A stretch of 43,755 nt of DNA, from contig JBFGYN010000001.1 of NCBI GenBank assembly GCA_041587415.1, positions 1 to 43,755 of the forward strand, in the 5' to 3' direction. The translations under genes and the position numbers were made by a program. Under the pieces are notes generated by a model, which ran no database searches, was not told where the DNA came from, and saw only the letters and a program-made list of their open reading frames with translations. Positions 8,667 through 15,198 of this stretch are shown here, piece after piece; position 1 is the stretch's first letter; each line of letters starts with the position of its first letter. This stretch comes from Candidatus Competibacterales bacterium (GTDB lineage: Bacteria; Pseudomonadota; Gammaproteobacteria; Competibacterales; JAHEDQ01).

Positions 8667-9218
8667 TCACTCGCGCATCGGCATGGCGATCAACGTAGCC
8701 CCTTTCAGGTTCATGAAGTTGGCCACGACAGGACCGAGGCCCTTTTTGTCGGCCGTTCGGAGCTTCACCCCCGGGTGCTCCAGGTCTAGCTCTCGCGTCG
8801 TGCGGGCGAGCAGCTCGGGGTTGATGATCAGCTGGTCGAAAGCCGTCTGCAGCGTGCTGGGCTCGGGTACCACTTTCGCCCAGTCCGGGAAGTCTCGGAT
8901 CGGGCTTTGCACGGGAACCTCGATAGAGAACGCGATGTCGTCGTTCCACTTCTGATAGATCAGCGTGGCCGTGGCCCCGCCTTCGTTCCAGCGCACCGTG
9001 ACTGCGCCGTTTTTGTATCCTCGCTTGATCTTGTTCTTCGGGTTGAAGAACAAGGTAAACGGCTCGCCGTCATGCTCGGTCGGAAGGATCAGCATGGCGT
9101 GGCCATCGATTGCAATCAGCTTGTTGTCCTCGACGCGGATGGCGTGCATTCCGCGCGTCTCATCTCCGAGGTTGGCAAGTAGTGCGTTAAAGTGGTCGCT
9201 GGGGATTACGATATACAT
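8667..9218 (-). CDS. Half-size DnaN (beta sliding clamp)-like protein
   Basis: 183-aa ORF with three colinear DnaN-like signatures: LIAIDGHAMLI (compare ATDGHRLA), RDFPDWAKVVP (compare FPDYRRVLP), and the C-terminal LIAMPMRE (compare VVMPMRL). Confidence 0.6.
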   Translation of the reverse strand: MYIVIPSDHFNALLANLGDETRGMHAIRVEDNKLIAIDGHAMLILPTEHDGEPFTLFFNPKNKIKRGYKNGAVTVRWNEGGATATLIYQKWNDDIAFSIEVPVQSPIRDFPDWAKVVPEPSTLQTAFDQLIINPELLARTTRELDLEHPGVKLRTADKKGLGPVVANFMNLKGATLIAMPMRE

Positions 9219-9289
9219 GGCTCAGTCCTCAGTGCTCGGTGTTGTTGAAACGCGAGAAGGATCTTGCCTGAGTGATACCAATGTGTCAA
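9219..9289 (-). promoter_or_regulatory. Early promoter cassette E
   Basis: The minus strand reads TTGACA (9284-9289), a 17-nt spacer, CAAGAT (9261-9266), GTTTCAAC, the shared leader, then ATG 9218. A 44-nt stretch is identical to cassette F except for one mismatch. Confidence 0.5.
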
Positions 9290-9345
9290 GCGGTTTCAGT
9301 CACTCGCGCATGGGGTAGGTAAAGTAGAGGGGCGTCATGCCCTCC

Positions 9346-9594
9346 TTAGTGATCTTGCTCGAAGCGTTCGGCCTCCATCGCAGCGCCGGCAGCCTCTTCT
9401 TTGATCTGCTCTCGCCAGTCGCGAGCCCTGCGCGTGACGTCCTGCATCGGCTCGCTGTTGAAAAGCTGCCGGCAAAGCTCGGCCGCGTCCTCTGGCGAGT
9501 AGATGCGGAGCCAGCGATAGTTCGCATCGAGAGAAAGGCCTTTCGCCTCTGCCCAGCGCTCCACCCGGCTCGGGTTGATTCCGTCGAATCCCAT
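9346..9594 (-). CDS. Hypothetical early protein (82 aa)
   Basis: The internal ATG 9594 (MGFDGINPSRVERW...) follows AGGAGAAGAAAG. The longer track ORF starting at 9699 would run through the promoter cassette. Confidence 0.6.
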   Translation of the reverse strand: MGFDGINPSRVERWAEAKGLSLDANYRWLRIYSPEDAAELCRQLFNSEPMQDVTRRARDWREQIKEEAAGAAMEAERFEQDH

Positions 9595-9665
9595 CTTTCT
9601 TCTCCTGGTGTGGCTGTTCGTTAAAACGCGAGAAGGATCTTGCCTGAGTGATACCAACGTGTCAA
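9595..9665 (-). promoter_or_regulatory. Early promoter cassette F, the first leftward promoter
   Basis: The minus strand reads TTGACA (9660-9665), a 17-nt spacer, CAAGAT (9637-9642), GTTTTAAC, then AGGAGAAGAAAG and ATG 9594. Confidence 0.5.
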
Positions 9666-9682
9666 GCTTTTTCTGCGGGGGC

Positions 9683-9712
9683 GTGACAGGATGGGCCACC
9701 GGGTGCTAGGCT
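9683..9712 (+). promoter_or_regulatory. Possible rightward promoter for the HTH gene
   Basis: GTGACA (9683-9688), an 18-nt spacer, TAGGCT (9707-9712). It is divergent from cassette F. The match to consensus is weak. Confidence 0.25.
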
Positions 9713-9740
9713 GACCCGATTGCATCACCGAGGAACGATC

Positions 9741-9980
9741 ATGCGGAACGGACGAGCGATGGGGCCGATCCTGGCCTACTTGGAGACCGAGCCCGCCGAG
9801 TGGGTGCGCGGTGTGCTGCTGCACAAGGGAATGAGTGCGCCGGAGTTGCACCGCAGGTGCGGGCTGCCGCCGTCGACGTGCCGCAGCTTCCTCAATGGCA
9901 ACCGTCGAAACCCGACAGTTGGACAGTTCCGACTGTTGCTATCCGTGGCGCTCGATGAACTGGGCGTGAAGCGGCCATAA
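9741..9980 (+). CDS. Small helix-turn-helix DNA-binding protein (Cro/XRE-like)
   Basis: ATG 9741 follows a GAGGA SD. The segment MSAPELHRRCGLPPSTCRSFLNG looks like an HTH. The gene lies at the divergent early control region. Confidence 0.65.
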   Translation: MRNGRAMGPILAYLETEPAEWVRGVLLHKGMSAPELHRRCGLPPSTCRSFLNGNRRNPTVGQFRLLLSVALDELGVKRP

Positions 9981-9984
9981 AAAA

Positions 9985-10003
9985 GCCCGCCTGAGCGGCG
10001 GGC
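9985..10003. terminator. GC-rich hairpin flanked by an A-tract; a terminator in the leftward sense
   Basis: GCCCGCC (9985-9991), loop TGAGC, GGCGGGC (9997-10003). AAAAAA precedes it on the plus strand, so the T-tract follows the hairpin only on the minus strand. Confidence 0.5.
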
Positions 10004-10046
10004 AACGGTCCAACAAGGGTCGAAAACTGCGGAGGATAGTCCGCGC

Positions 10047-12530
10047 ATGTCGGAGTATACCGAAAATTTGTGCCAGTGGGCTCTCTGGTACGCGAGGCGC
10101 GGCTACGCCGTGATACCGATCGAGCCCAACCGCAAGACACCTTATAAAGGGTTCCGCTGGCGTGAGCAGGCGACCAGTGACTGGGAGCAGGTGCTGGAGT
10201 GGTGGACCCAGGCACCGGAGTCGAACATCGCCCTAGCCTGCGGCGAGCCTTCGGGCATTCATGTGCTCGACGTTGACCGCAAGGGGGGCGTGGACGGCTG
10301 GACGTGCGCGAGTCGCATCGTGGACCCCGAGACAACACCCTTCGCGCACACGCCCAGCGGCGGGTTCCACTTCTACTACACCTACGATCCCCAGCTCGGG
10401 AATCACAAGCTGCGCGACTTAGGGCTCGACATTCAGGGTACTGGGAGCTACGTCCTCGCGCCACCGTCGGTGGTGGACGGGAAGCCGTATGTCTGGGGCC
10501 GGGAGCTGGACTGTTTAAACGGCGCACCCGTGGCGCTCCGCGAGCTGGTGTTGCAGCGCAACAGTGGGTCTGTGTCAACTGGCGTACAGGGCTGTCCGCC
10601 AGTCCCCGAGGAGTGGGTCGAGATCGAAGAGATCCCCGAGCCCTGGATGTTGGGTATCAAGCTGGACAAGGTGCGCGAGGCCCAGGGCGAGGGCGACCGC
10701 AGTGCCGCGCTCTACAGCATCGCGCTGAGCTTGTTCAACCGGATCGACAACCCAGCCAGAGTGCTGGCCTCCCTGATGACCTGGGCACCGGAGGCAGCCG
10801 TGGACCGGCGAGGCTCGGACGCGGCCACTTGGATGTGGAAGTACGCGGTATGGCCGGCGAAGCAGCAGCACGACGCGCGGCAGGGGATGCTGCGACAGAT
10901 CGTGTATGAGGGGGAGGGGGGTAATAAGCCGCCGGGTTCTTCCCCCCTTCACACCATCACGCCCGAGACTACCTGGGCTGGCCTGGGATACGACCCAGAC
11001 ACCTTCGAGATAATCGACGGGGAGGACAAGCTGGGGGGTAATAAGCCGCCGGGTTCTTCCCCCTCCCCTGTCCATGACCTGCGCGCTCAGCTGACGCAGC
11101 TGCAGCCTGGGGATAACGAGGAGGCTCGGGCCTTCCTGGGGCAGCTGGTGGGGCTCTCGGAGCTTGACCGCGAGGAGATGCTGCAGGGGCTGTCGTCGCA
11201 GCTGGGGCTCACGCTGCGAGTGCTCAGGAGCGAATACAAGGCGATCGAGAAGGCGCTCCGTGACGCCGAGCGCGCCACCTTCGGCGATGAGCCCGGGCGA
11301 CCCTTCGACTGGGGCGAGTACATCTACCTGCAGCGGCCCGACGCGGTGTGGAGCCGCGCGGAGGGCGGGTCGATGCGCCGTGAAGCGTTCCGAGCGAGCT
11401 ACGGGTCCGAGCGGTTCGATAAGGCATTCCCGGAGGACGGCAACGGGTGCATCCCGAGGCTGTTCGACATCACCTACTGGCCCGGGCAGGGCGAGCGGGT
11501 GTGGGTGGACAAGCGGGAGCGTTTAAACATCTGGACACCGGGGGAGCTGCAGCCTGCACCGGGTGACCCAGAGCCCTGGCTCGACATATTCAGGCACTCG
11601 GAGTACCCGGCCGAGGAGGTCGAGCATATGCTCGACTGGTTCGCCTACCTGCTGCAGCACCCTGACAAGAAGATCAACCACGGGCTGGTGCTCGGCGGCG
11701 CACCGGGGGTTGGCAAAGACACCTTGTTGAAGCCGATACGCGCCGCGCTCGGGGCACACAACTGCTCGAACCCGTCGGCCGACCTGTTGCTGACATCGTT
11801 CTCGGACTGGGCCATCAACAAGAAGCTGGTGATTGTTCAGGAGGTCGGTTGGGGCGGGTCGAAGGCGGCACGCGAGATTGAGCACAAGCTCAAGCCGCTA
11901 CTGGCCTCGGGCGCGGGGTATCTGTCAGTGCACCCGAAGGGGCGACCGGCTTATGAGGTGCCTGACGTGGTGCAGGTAGTGATGGTGACCAACGAACGCC
12001 ACCCGCTGCATATCTCACTCGGCGACAGGCGGTACTTCCTGAGCTGGGCCGAGCGGCAGCCGTACATGCAGGACCGCGTGGCGTGGGCTCGCTACTGGGA
12101 GGACATGCACCGCTGGCTCGACACCGGGGGCAACGCCATCGTGTACCACTACCTGCTGCACCGTGACGTGAGCGGGTTCCAGCCCGGAGCGCCGGCACCG
12201 GACACCGAGTGGAAGCGCGAGGTGGTGGAGGCTGGACGGCATGAGCTGACACCTATCCTCGCCGAGCGAATCGAACACCGTCAGGGGCTGTTCAGTCAAG
12301 ACGTGCTGAGCTTGGAGGAAGTTCAAGCGGCGCTGCTGGGGGTGACGGTGTACTCGCGGTCAGTGAATCAACGGGACTGCGTGAGAGCGTTGCGAGAGCT
12401 GGAGGACATGGGAATCGTGGTGAAAAAGACGTTTAAGACTGAACGTACCACGAAACGCAGGTTCGTAATTCGGAACTTCGAAGAGTGGAAGAATGCCAGT
12501 CTGGAAGACTTGGAGAAATATTGCAGTTAG
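10047..12530 (+). CDS. Bifunctional primase-polymerase (prim-pol) fused to a D5/VirE-type P-loop helicase
   Basis: 827-aa ORF. The N-terminus YARRGYAVIPIEP...IHVLDVDRKGG...TPSGGFHFYY is prim-pol-like. The central LVLGGAPGVGKDTL is a Walker A and LVIVQEV a Walker B. A GGAGGA SD precedes it. Confidence 0.88.
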   Translation: MSEYTENLCQWALWYARRGYAVIPIEPNRKTPYKGFRWREQATSDWEQVLEWWTQAPESNIALACGEPSGIHVLDVDRKGGVDGWTCASRIVDPETTPFAHTPSGGFHFYYTYDPQLGNHKLRDLGLDIQGTGSYVLAPPSVVDGKPYVWGRELDCLNGAPVALRELVLQRNSGSVSTGVQGCPPVPEEWVEIEEIPEPWMLGIKLDKVREAQGEGDRSAALYSIALSLFNRIDNPARVLASLMTWAPEAAVDRRGSDAATWMWKYAVWPAKQQHDARQGMLRQIVYEGEGGNKPPGSSPLHTITPETTWAGLGYDPDTFEIIDGEDKLGGNKPPGSSPSPVHDLRAQLTQLQPGDNEEARAFLGQLVGLSELDREEMLQGLSSQLGLTLRVLRSEYKAIEKALRDAERATFGDEPGRPFDWGEYIYLQRPDAVWSRAEGGSMRREAFRASYGSERFDKAFPEDGNGCIPRLFDITYWPGQGERVWVDKRERLNIWTPGELQPAPGDPEPWLDIFRHSEYPAEEVEHMLDWFAYLLQHPDKKINHGLVLGGAPGVGKDTLLKPIRAALGAHNCSNPSADLLLTSFSDWAINKKLVIVQEVGWGGSKAAREIEHKLKPLLASGAGYLSVHPKGRPAYEVPDVVQVVMVTNERHPLHISLGDRRYFLSWAERQPYMQDRVAWARYWEDMHRWLDTGGNAIVYHYLLHRDVSGFQPGAPAPDTEWKREVVEAGRHELTPILAERIEHRQGLFSQDVLSLEEVQAALLGVTVYSRSVNQRDCVRALRELEDMGIVVKKTFKTERTTKRRFVIRNFEEWKNASLEDLEKYCS
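10513..10520. repeat. GTTTAAAC octamer, copy 6
   Basis: In the primase gene as TGT TTA AAC (C-L-N). Confidence 0.95.
10916..11063 (+). repeat. Exact 31-nt direct repeat with a 117-nt period inside the primase linker
   Basis: ggggggtaataagccgccgggttcttccccc occurs at 10916-10946 and again at 11033-11063. It is in frame and encodes GGNKPPGSSP twice. Confidence 0.9.
11521..11528. repeat. GTTTAAAC octamer, copy 7
   Basis: In the primase gene as CGT TTA AAC (R-L-N). Confidence 0.95.
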
Positions 12531-12836
12531 CTGGTCACCCCTGGTCACCTCCTGGCCACCATAGGTGACCAGGAAAATGGGGAAAAGATCAACGAGTTAA
12601 CTATCCTGGCCAGGCTGGTCACCTTTTTTAGGGGTTTTCGTAAGGAGGAGATCACTTAATGTAATGTATCACTTTAATAGGTGTTTTCCAGGAGGGCTAA
12701 ATAGGGAAACACCTGACCAGCCTGACCAGGATGCTGGTAAGGAGGTGAAATTCCACGGTGTATCAGCAGGTTACGAGCAAACTGCAATAATTTAGACGTG
12801 ACCAGGATTACCTGACCAGGGTTCAACACGAGGTGT
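12531..12836. promoter_or_regulatory. Iteron-rich non-coding hub: candidate replication origin or early/late switch
   Basis: CTGGTCACC-type copies lie at 12531, 12541, 12552 (one mismatch) and 12615, with the reverse copy GGTGACCAG at 12564. TGACCAG(G) copies lie at 12714, 12724, 12799 and 12814. The two oppositely oriented arrays flank an AT-rich core (12624-12710). Confidence 0.6.
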
Positions 12837-13235
12837 ATGAAAATGTCAACTGGAATTGAAGAGAAGTCGGAAGATCTTATCGAGGGTACAGAGGAGTGCG
12901 TTCGCCGACTTAGAGTGTGGCGGATGCCGGGAGATCTGGCAGCCGAGCCGATTCTGCTGTGGATGCAGATCAAGGAAAACGCCGAACGTGCGATTCATGA
13001 CCTTCGGCATCGAGGGCAGGATGAGACTGAGCAGGAGCAGGAGCGGGAACGTTGGGCGAGCACAACTCTCGGCGCTCCGATTGTCCACGTTCCGGCCACC
13101 GAAGATCCCCGGGTGGTGGCTGCGAGGGTCGAAGCTCTTCGAACCTTGGTGGAGTTTCGAGGGAGGCTGATGCCCGCTAGCCCGATATGGGTCGAGGTGG
13201 AAAAGGCTCTAATTCGGATTATCGAGGAGCTGTGA
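12837..13235 (+). CDS. Hypothetical acidic protein
   Basis: 132-aa ORF with a GAGGTG SD. It is the first gene after the non-coding hub. Confidence 0.6.
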   Translation: MKMSTGIEEKSEDLIEGTEECVRRLRVWRMPGDLAAEPILLWMQIKENAERAIHDLRHRGQDETEQEQERERWASTTLGAPIVHVPATEDPRVVAARVEALRTLVEFRGRLMPASPIWVEVEKALIRIIEEL

Positions 13236-13237
13236 AC

Positions 13238-13666
13238 GTGCCAGAGCTTAAGCGGTTCATTGCCGACCCCGTTGCTGCGCGCAGGGAAGCGCGTAAGCAG
13301 CTGCGCGAGTCGATCCAGGGGCGGCATCTGCTGCTCAGCATTGAAGACATCGTGAAGCGGCTCACGAGCGGTGTAGAGCTAACCGTGGACCCGCCCCCCG
13401 GTGTTGACCCCGACACTGTGCCGCTGAGCAACGATCGCATTTCGGCGCTCAGGGCGGCGTTGGACGCGCACTTCAAGCTGCTGAACAAGGTGCTGCCAGA
13501 TCTCAAGGCTGTGGAGCTGACGGGGGCCGATGGCGGGCCGTTGCAGGTCGAAGAGCAGGAACGTTCGGCCACCGAGGTGGCGGCTCGCTTGGTGTGGCTG
13601 CTTCGCACTCAAGGCGAGACGATCGATGTCGATACCGAAGAGTCAGAACACGACTTTTTAGATTGA
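13238..13666 (+). CDS. Hypothetical protein; weak resemblance to small terminase subunits
   Basis: GTG 13238 lies 8 nt after GAGGAG. It has a helical core (ALRAALDAHFKLLNKVLPDLKAVEL) and an acidic tail. The functional guess is weak. Confidence 0.45.
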   Translation: MPELKRFIADPVAARREARKQLRESIQGRHLLLSIEDIVKRLTSGVELTVDPPPGVDPDTVPLSNDRISALRAALDAHFKLLNKVLPDLKAVELTGADGGPLQVEEQERSATEVAARLVWLLRTQGETIDVDTEESEHDFLD

Positions 13667-13691
13667 CACTTGCGTGTCGAAGGGGGATGAT
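13663..13691 (+). promoter_or_regulatory. Possible rightward sigma70-like promoter
   Basis: TTGACA (13663-13668, containing the TGA stop of the upstream gene), a 17-nt spacer, GATGAT (13686-13691). The predicted transcript start falls close to ATG 13698. Confidence 0.35.
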
Positions 13692-13697
13692 GCCGTC

Positions 13698-13826
13698 ATG
13701 GAGAAGCTGTTCAAAAAATTTGATGACTATCTGGACTGGATCCTGATAGCGGGTTGCGTGGTTATGACGTTCACTCAGCTGTATCTGGTCGGTTATGCGA
13801 TGGCGCTGCTGCTGGGGGTGCGATGA
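13698..13826 (+). CDS. Small membrane protein (42 aa)
   Basis: MEKLFKKFDDYLDWILIAGCVVMTFTQLYLVGYAMALLLGVR. It has a hydrophobic C-terminal half, and its stop overlaps the next ATG as ATGA. It is too short to appear in the ORF track. Confidence 0.5.
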   Translation: MEKLFKKFDDYLDWILIAGCVVMTFTQLYLVGYAMALLLGVR

Positions 13827-14044
13827 GTGACGATGACGACGTGCCAGTAGATCATGCGGTTGTGATGGTGCCCGTGTTGGTGCCGTTGCGCCCGAAAGGT
13901 GATCGCTCCCCGTTTAAACTGCGGTTAGAGCGTGACGCCTTCGAGGTGTGCGAGAAGCTCGGCGTACCAGTAGCCATCTCATACCCCCCGGTGCTGCTTG
14001 AGACGCGGCGTATGCGGGCGACCCTGAAACGAGGAGGACGGTGA
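13823..14044 (+). CDS. Hypothetical protein (73 aa)
   Basis: The internal ATG 13823 (MSDDDDVPVDH...) is coupled by ATGA to the upstream small ORF. Confidence 0.55.
   Translation: MSDDDDVPVDHAVVMVPVLVPLRPKGDRSPFKLRLERDAFEVCEKLGVPVAISYPPVLLETRRMRATLKRGGR
13912..13919. repeat. GTTTAAAC octamer, copy 8
   Basis: In CDS 13823..14044 as CCG TTT AAA CTG (P-F-K-L). Confidence 0.95.
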
Positions 14045-14367
14045 TAATGGACGCGCAAAGACTTAGACAGTTGACCAGCGGCGTGCTTCACACAGACATG
14101 AGGCATGTGCTGCAGGATCTCGCATGGTTCACGAATCTCGGGGAGCCGATGACGCACCAGCTGCCGAATGTGCTTGATGCAGTGAAGCCATACTTGTTGC
14201 AGCAGTTAGAAGAGCTGGGAGAGAAGAGGGACTTTGTGACGCCGGACTATCGCCCGGACATCGTGGGCGAGGTGAACATTCGACCGTTGAAGACAGGCGA
14301 GGCAGCGGCGGTGCTTATGCGTTTCGGGGAGATGGAAAGCCCATTACAGAAGCATTTTACCAAGTGA
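14041..14367 (+). CDS. Hypothetical protein
   Basis: 108-aa ORF overlapping the upstream stop as GTGA. ATG 14047 is an alternative start. Confidence 0.55.
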   Translation: MIMDAQRLRQLTSGVLHTDMRHVLQDLAWFTNLGEPMTHQLPNVLDAVKPYLLQQLEELGEKRDFVTPDYRPDIVGEVNIRPLKTGEAAAVLMRFGEMESPLQKHFTK

Positions 14368-14450
14368 CCGAGCCCGGCTTGTTCGAGTGGCTGCTAGCTG
14401 CGTGGCTGTACGCCATGCTGGTCTACCTGATACTGGGAGGAGGTGAATAG
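14364..14450 (+). CDS. Possible 28-aa hydrophobic peptide
   Basis: GTG 14364 overlaps the upstream stop as GTGA. The peptide reads TEPGLFEWLLAAWLYAMLVYLILGGGE, and its TAG overlaps the methyltransferase GTG. Confidence 0.3.
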   Translation: MTEPGLFEWLLAAWLYAMLVYLILGGGE

Positions 14451-15001
14451 TGAACGCTCGATATGATGAAGTGGGGCTAGTGCACAGTCCTAAGCGAATG
14501 GACTGGCAGACACCACCCGAGCTGTTTCATGTTTTGGACGGCGAGTTCAACTTTGGCTGGGATGCGGCAGCGACTGCAGATAGCAACGTGCTGTTGCTTC
14601 GAAAGCGGACGTGCGTGTTGGACTATCACCGCTACTTTGGCCCCGATCATTTGCTGGACCCAAAGTGTCGGGATGCTTTGACTGCTAATTGGATCTCTGG
14701 ACAAGGCCCGTACTTCTTGAACCCCCCGTACGGCCGTGAGCAAATTGCGTTTATACGCAAAGCCGAAGAGGAGTCTAGATTCTGGGGTTCGACTGTCGTT
14801 TGCTTGCTTCCGGCGCGACCTGATACTATCGTATTCCACGAGGTGATCATGCCGGCTGCCGCCGAGGTGCGGTTTTTAAAAGGACGGCTCACGTTTGTCG
14901 GTGCTGACGCACCGGCCCGGTTTCCGAGCATGATTGTGGTATTCGATATAGCTCGGCGGACGGGCGGCGCTCGTGTGCGTTGCTGGGATTGGAGGAGGTA
15001 G
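14450..15001 (+). CDS. Phage Dam-family DNA N6-adenine methyltransferase
   Basis: 183-aa ORF with WQTPPELFHVLDGEFNFGWDAAA and the catalytic NPPY (FLNPPYGRE). A GGGAGGAGGTGA SD precedes it. Confidence 0.88.
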   Translation: MNARYDEVGLVHSPKRMDWQTPPELFHVLDGEFNFGWDAAATADSNVLLLRKRTCVLDYHRYFGPDHLLDPKCRDALTANWISGQGPYFLNPPYGREQIAFIRKAEEESRFWGSTVVCLLPARPDTIVFHEVIMPAAAEVRFLKGRLTFVGADAPARFPSMIVVFDIARRTGGARVRCWDWRR

Positions 15002-15006
15002 GACTA

Positions 15007-15198
15007 ATGGACGTAATAGAGCAATTGTGCATCAAATCCCACACCGTTTGCGACGCCGAGGGCACGACATTCAGCATTAAGCAGGGCAACCAGTACACGA
15101 CCACCAAGCCCAAACGGGGCCAGAAAACCGTCACGGTATTTTCGCGCTACTGGGCACCAATGCCGAAAACCTGCTTTGTGCCCATGGAGCAAGACTAA
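15007..15198 (+). CDS. Hypothetical protein (63 aa), first gene ending in the conserved EQD junction
   Basis: ATG 15007 follows GGAGGAGG. The protein ends ...PMEQD, and the junction is TAATG. Confidence 0.55.
   Translation: MDVIEQLCIKSHTVCDAEGTTFSIKQGNQYTTTKPKRGQKTVTVFSRYWAPMPKTCFVPMEQD

Noticed and set aside
9300-9527. A 75-aa minus-strand ORF ends in ...YPMRE like the clamp-like protein.
   Set aside because: Only the last few codons match, and they belong to the duplicated cassette fragment. The rest is Arg/Ser-rich and overlaps the better-supported gene 9346..9594 in another frame. I treat it as a ghost 3' end, not a gene.
9741-9980. The HTH protein next to divergent promoters could be a CI/Cro-type lysogeny switch.
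   Set aside because: I could find no integrase, excisionase, partition or prophage-maintenance gene anywhere in the closed genome. I annotated the protein only as a small HTH regulator.
12531-12836. The repeat-rich non-coding region could be a CRISPR-like array or a tRNA/ncRNA locus.
   Set aside because: The repeats are only 8-10 bp long, irregularly spaced and present in both orientations. I saw no cloverleaf-compatible segment. Protein-binding iterons fit better.
13187-13237. The ORF track gives a longer version of gene 13238..13666 starting at 13187.
   Set aside because: That start would overlap the upstream gene by 49 nt and has no SD. GTG 13238 lies 8 nt after GAGGAG and just past the upstream stop.
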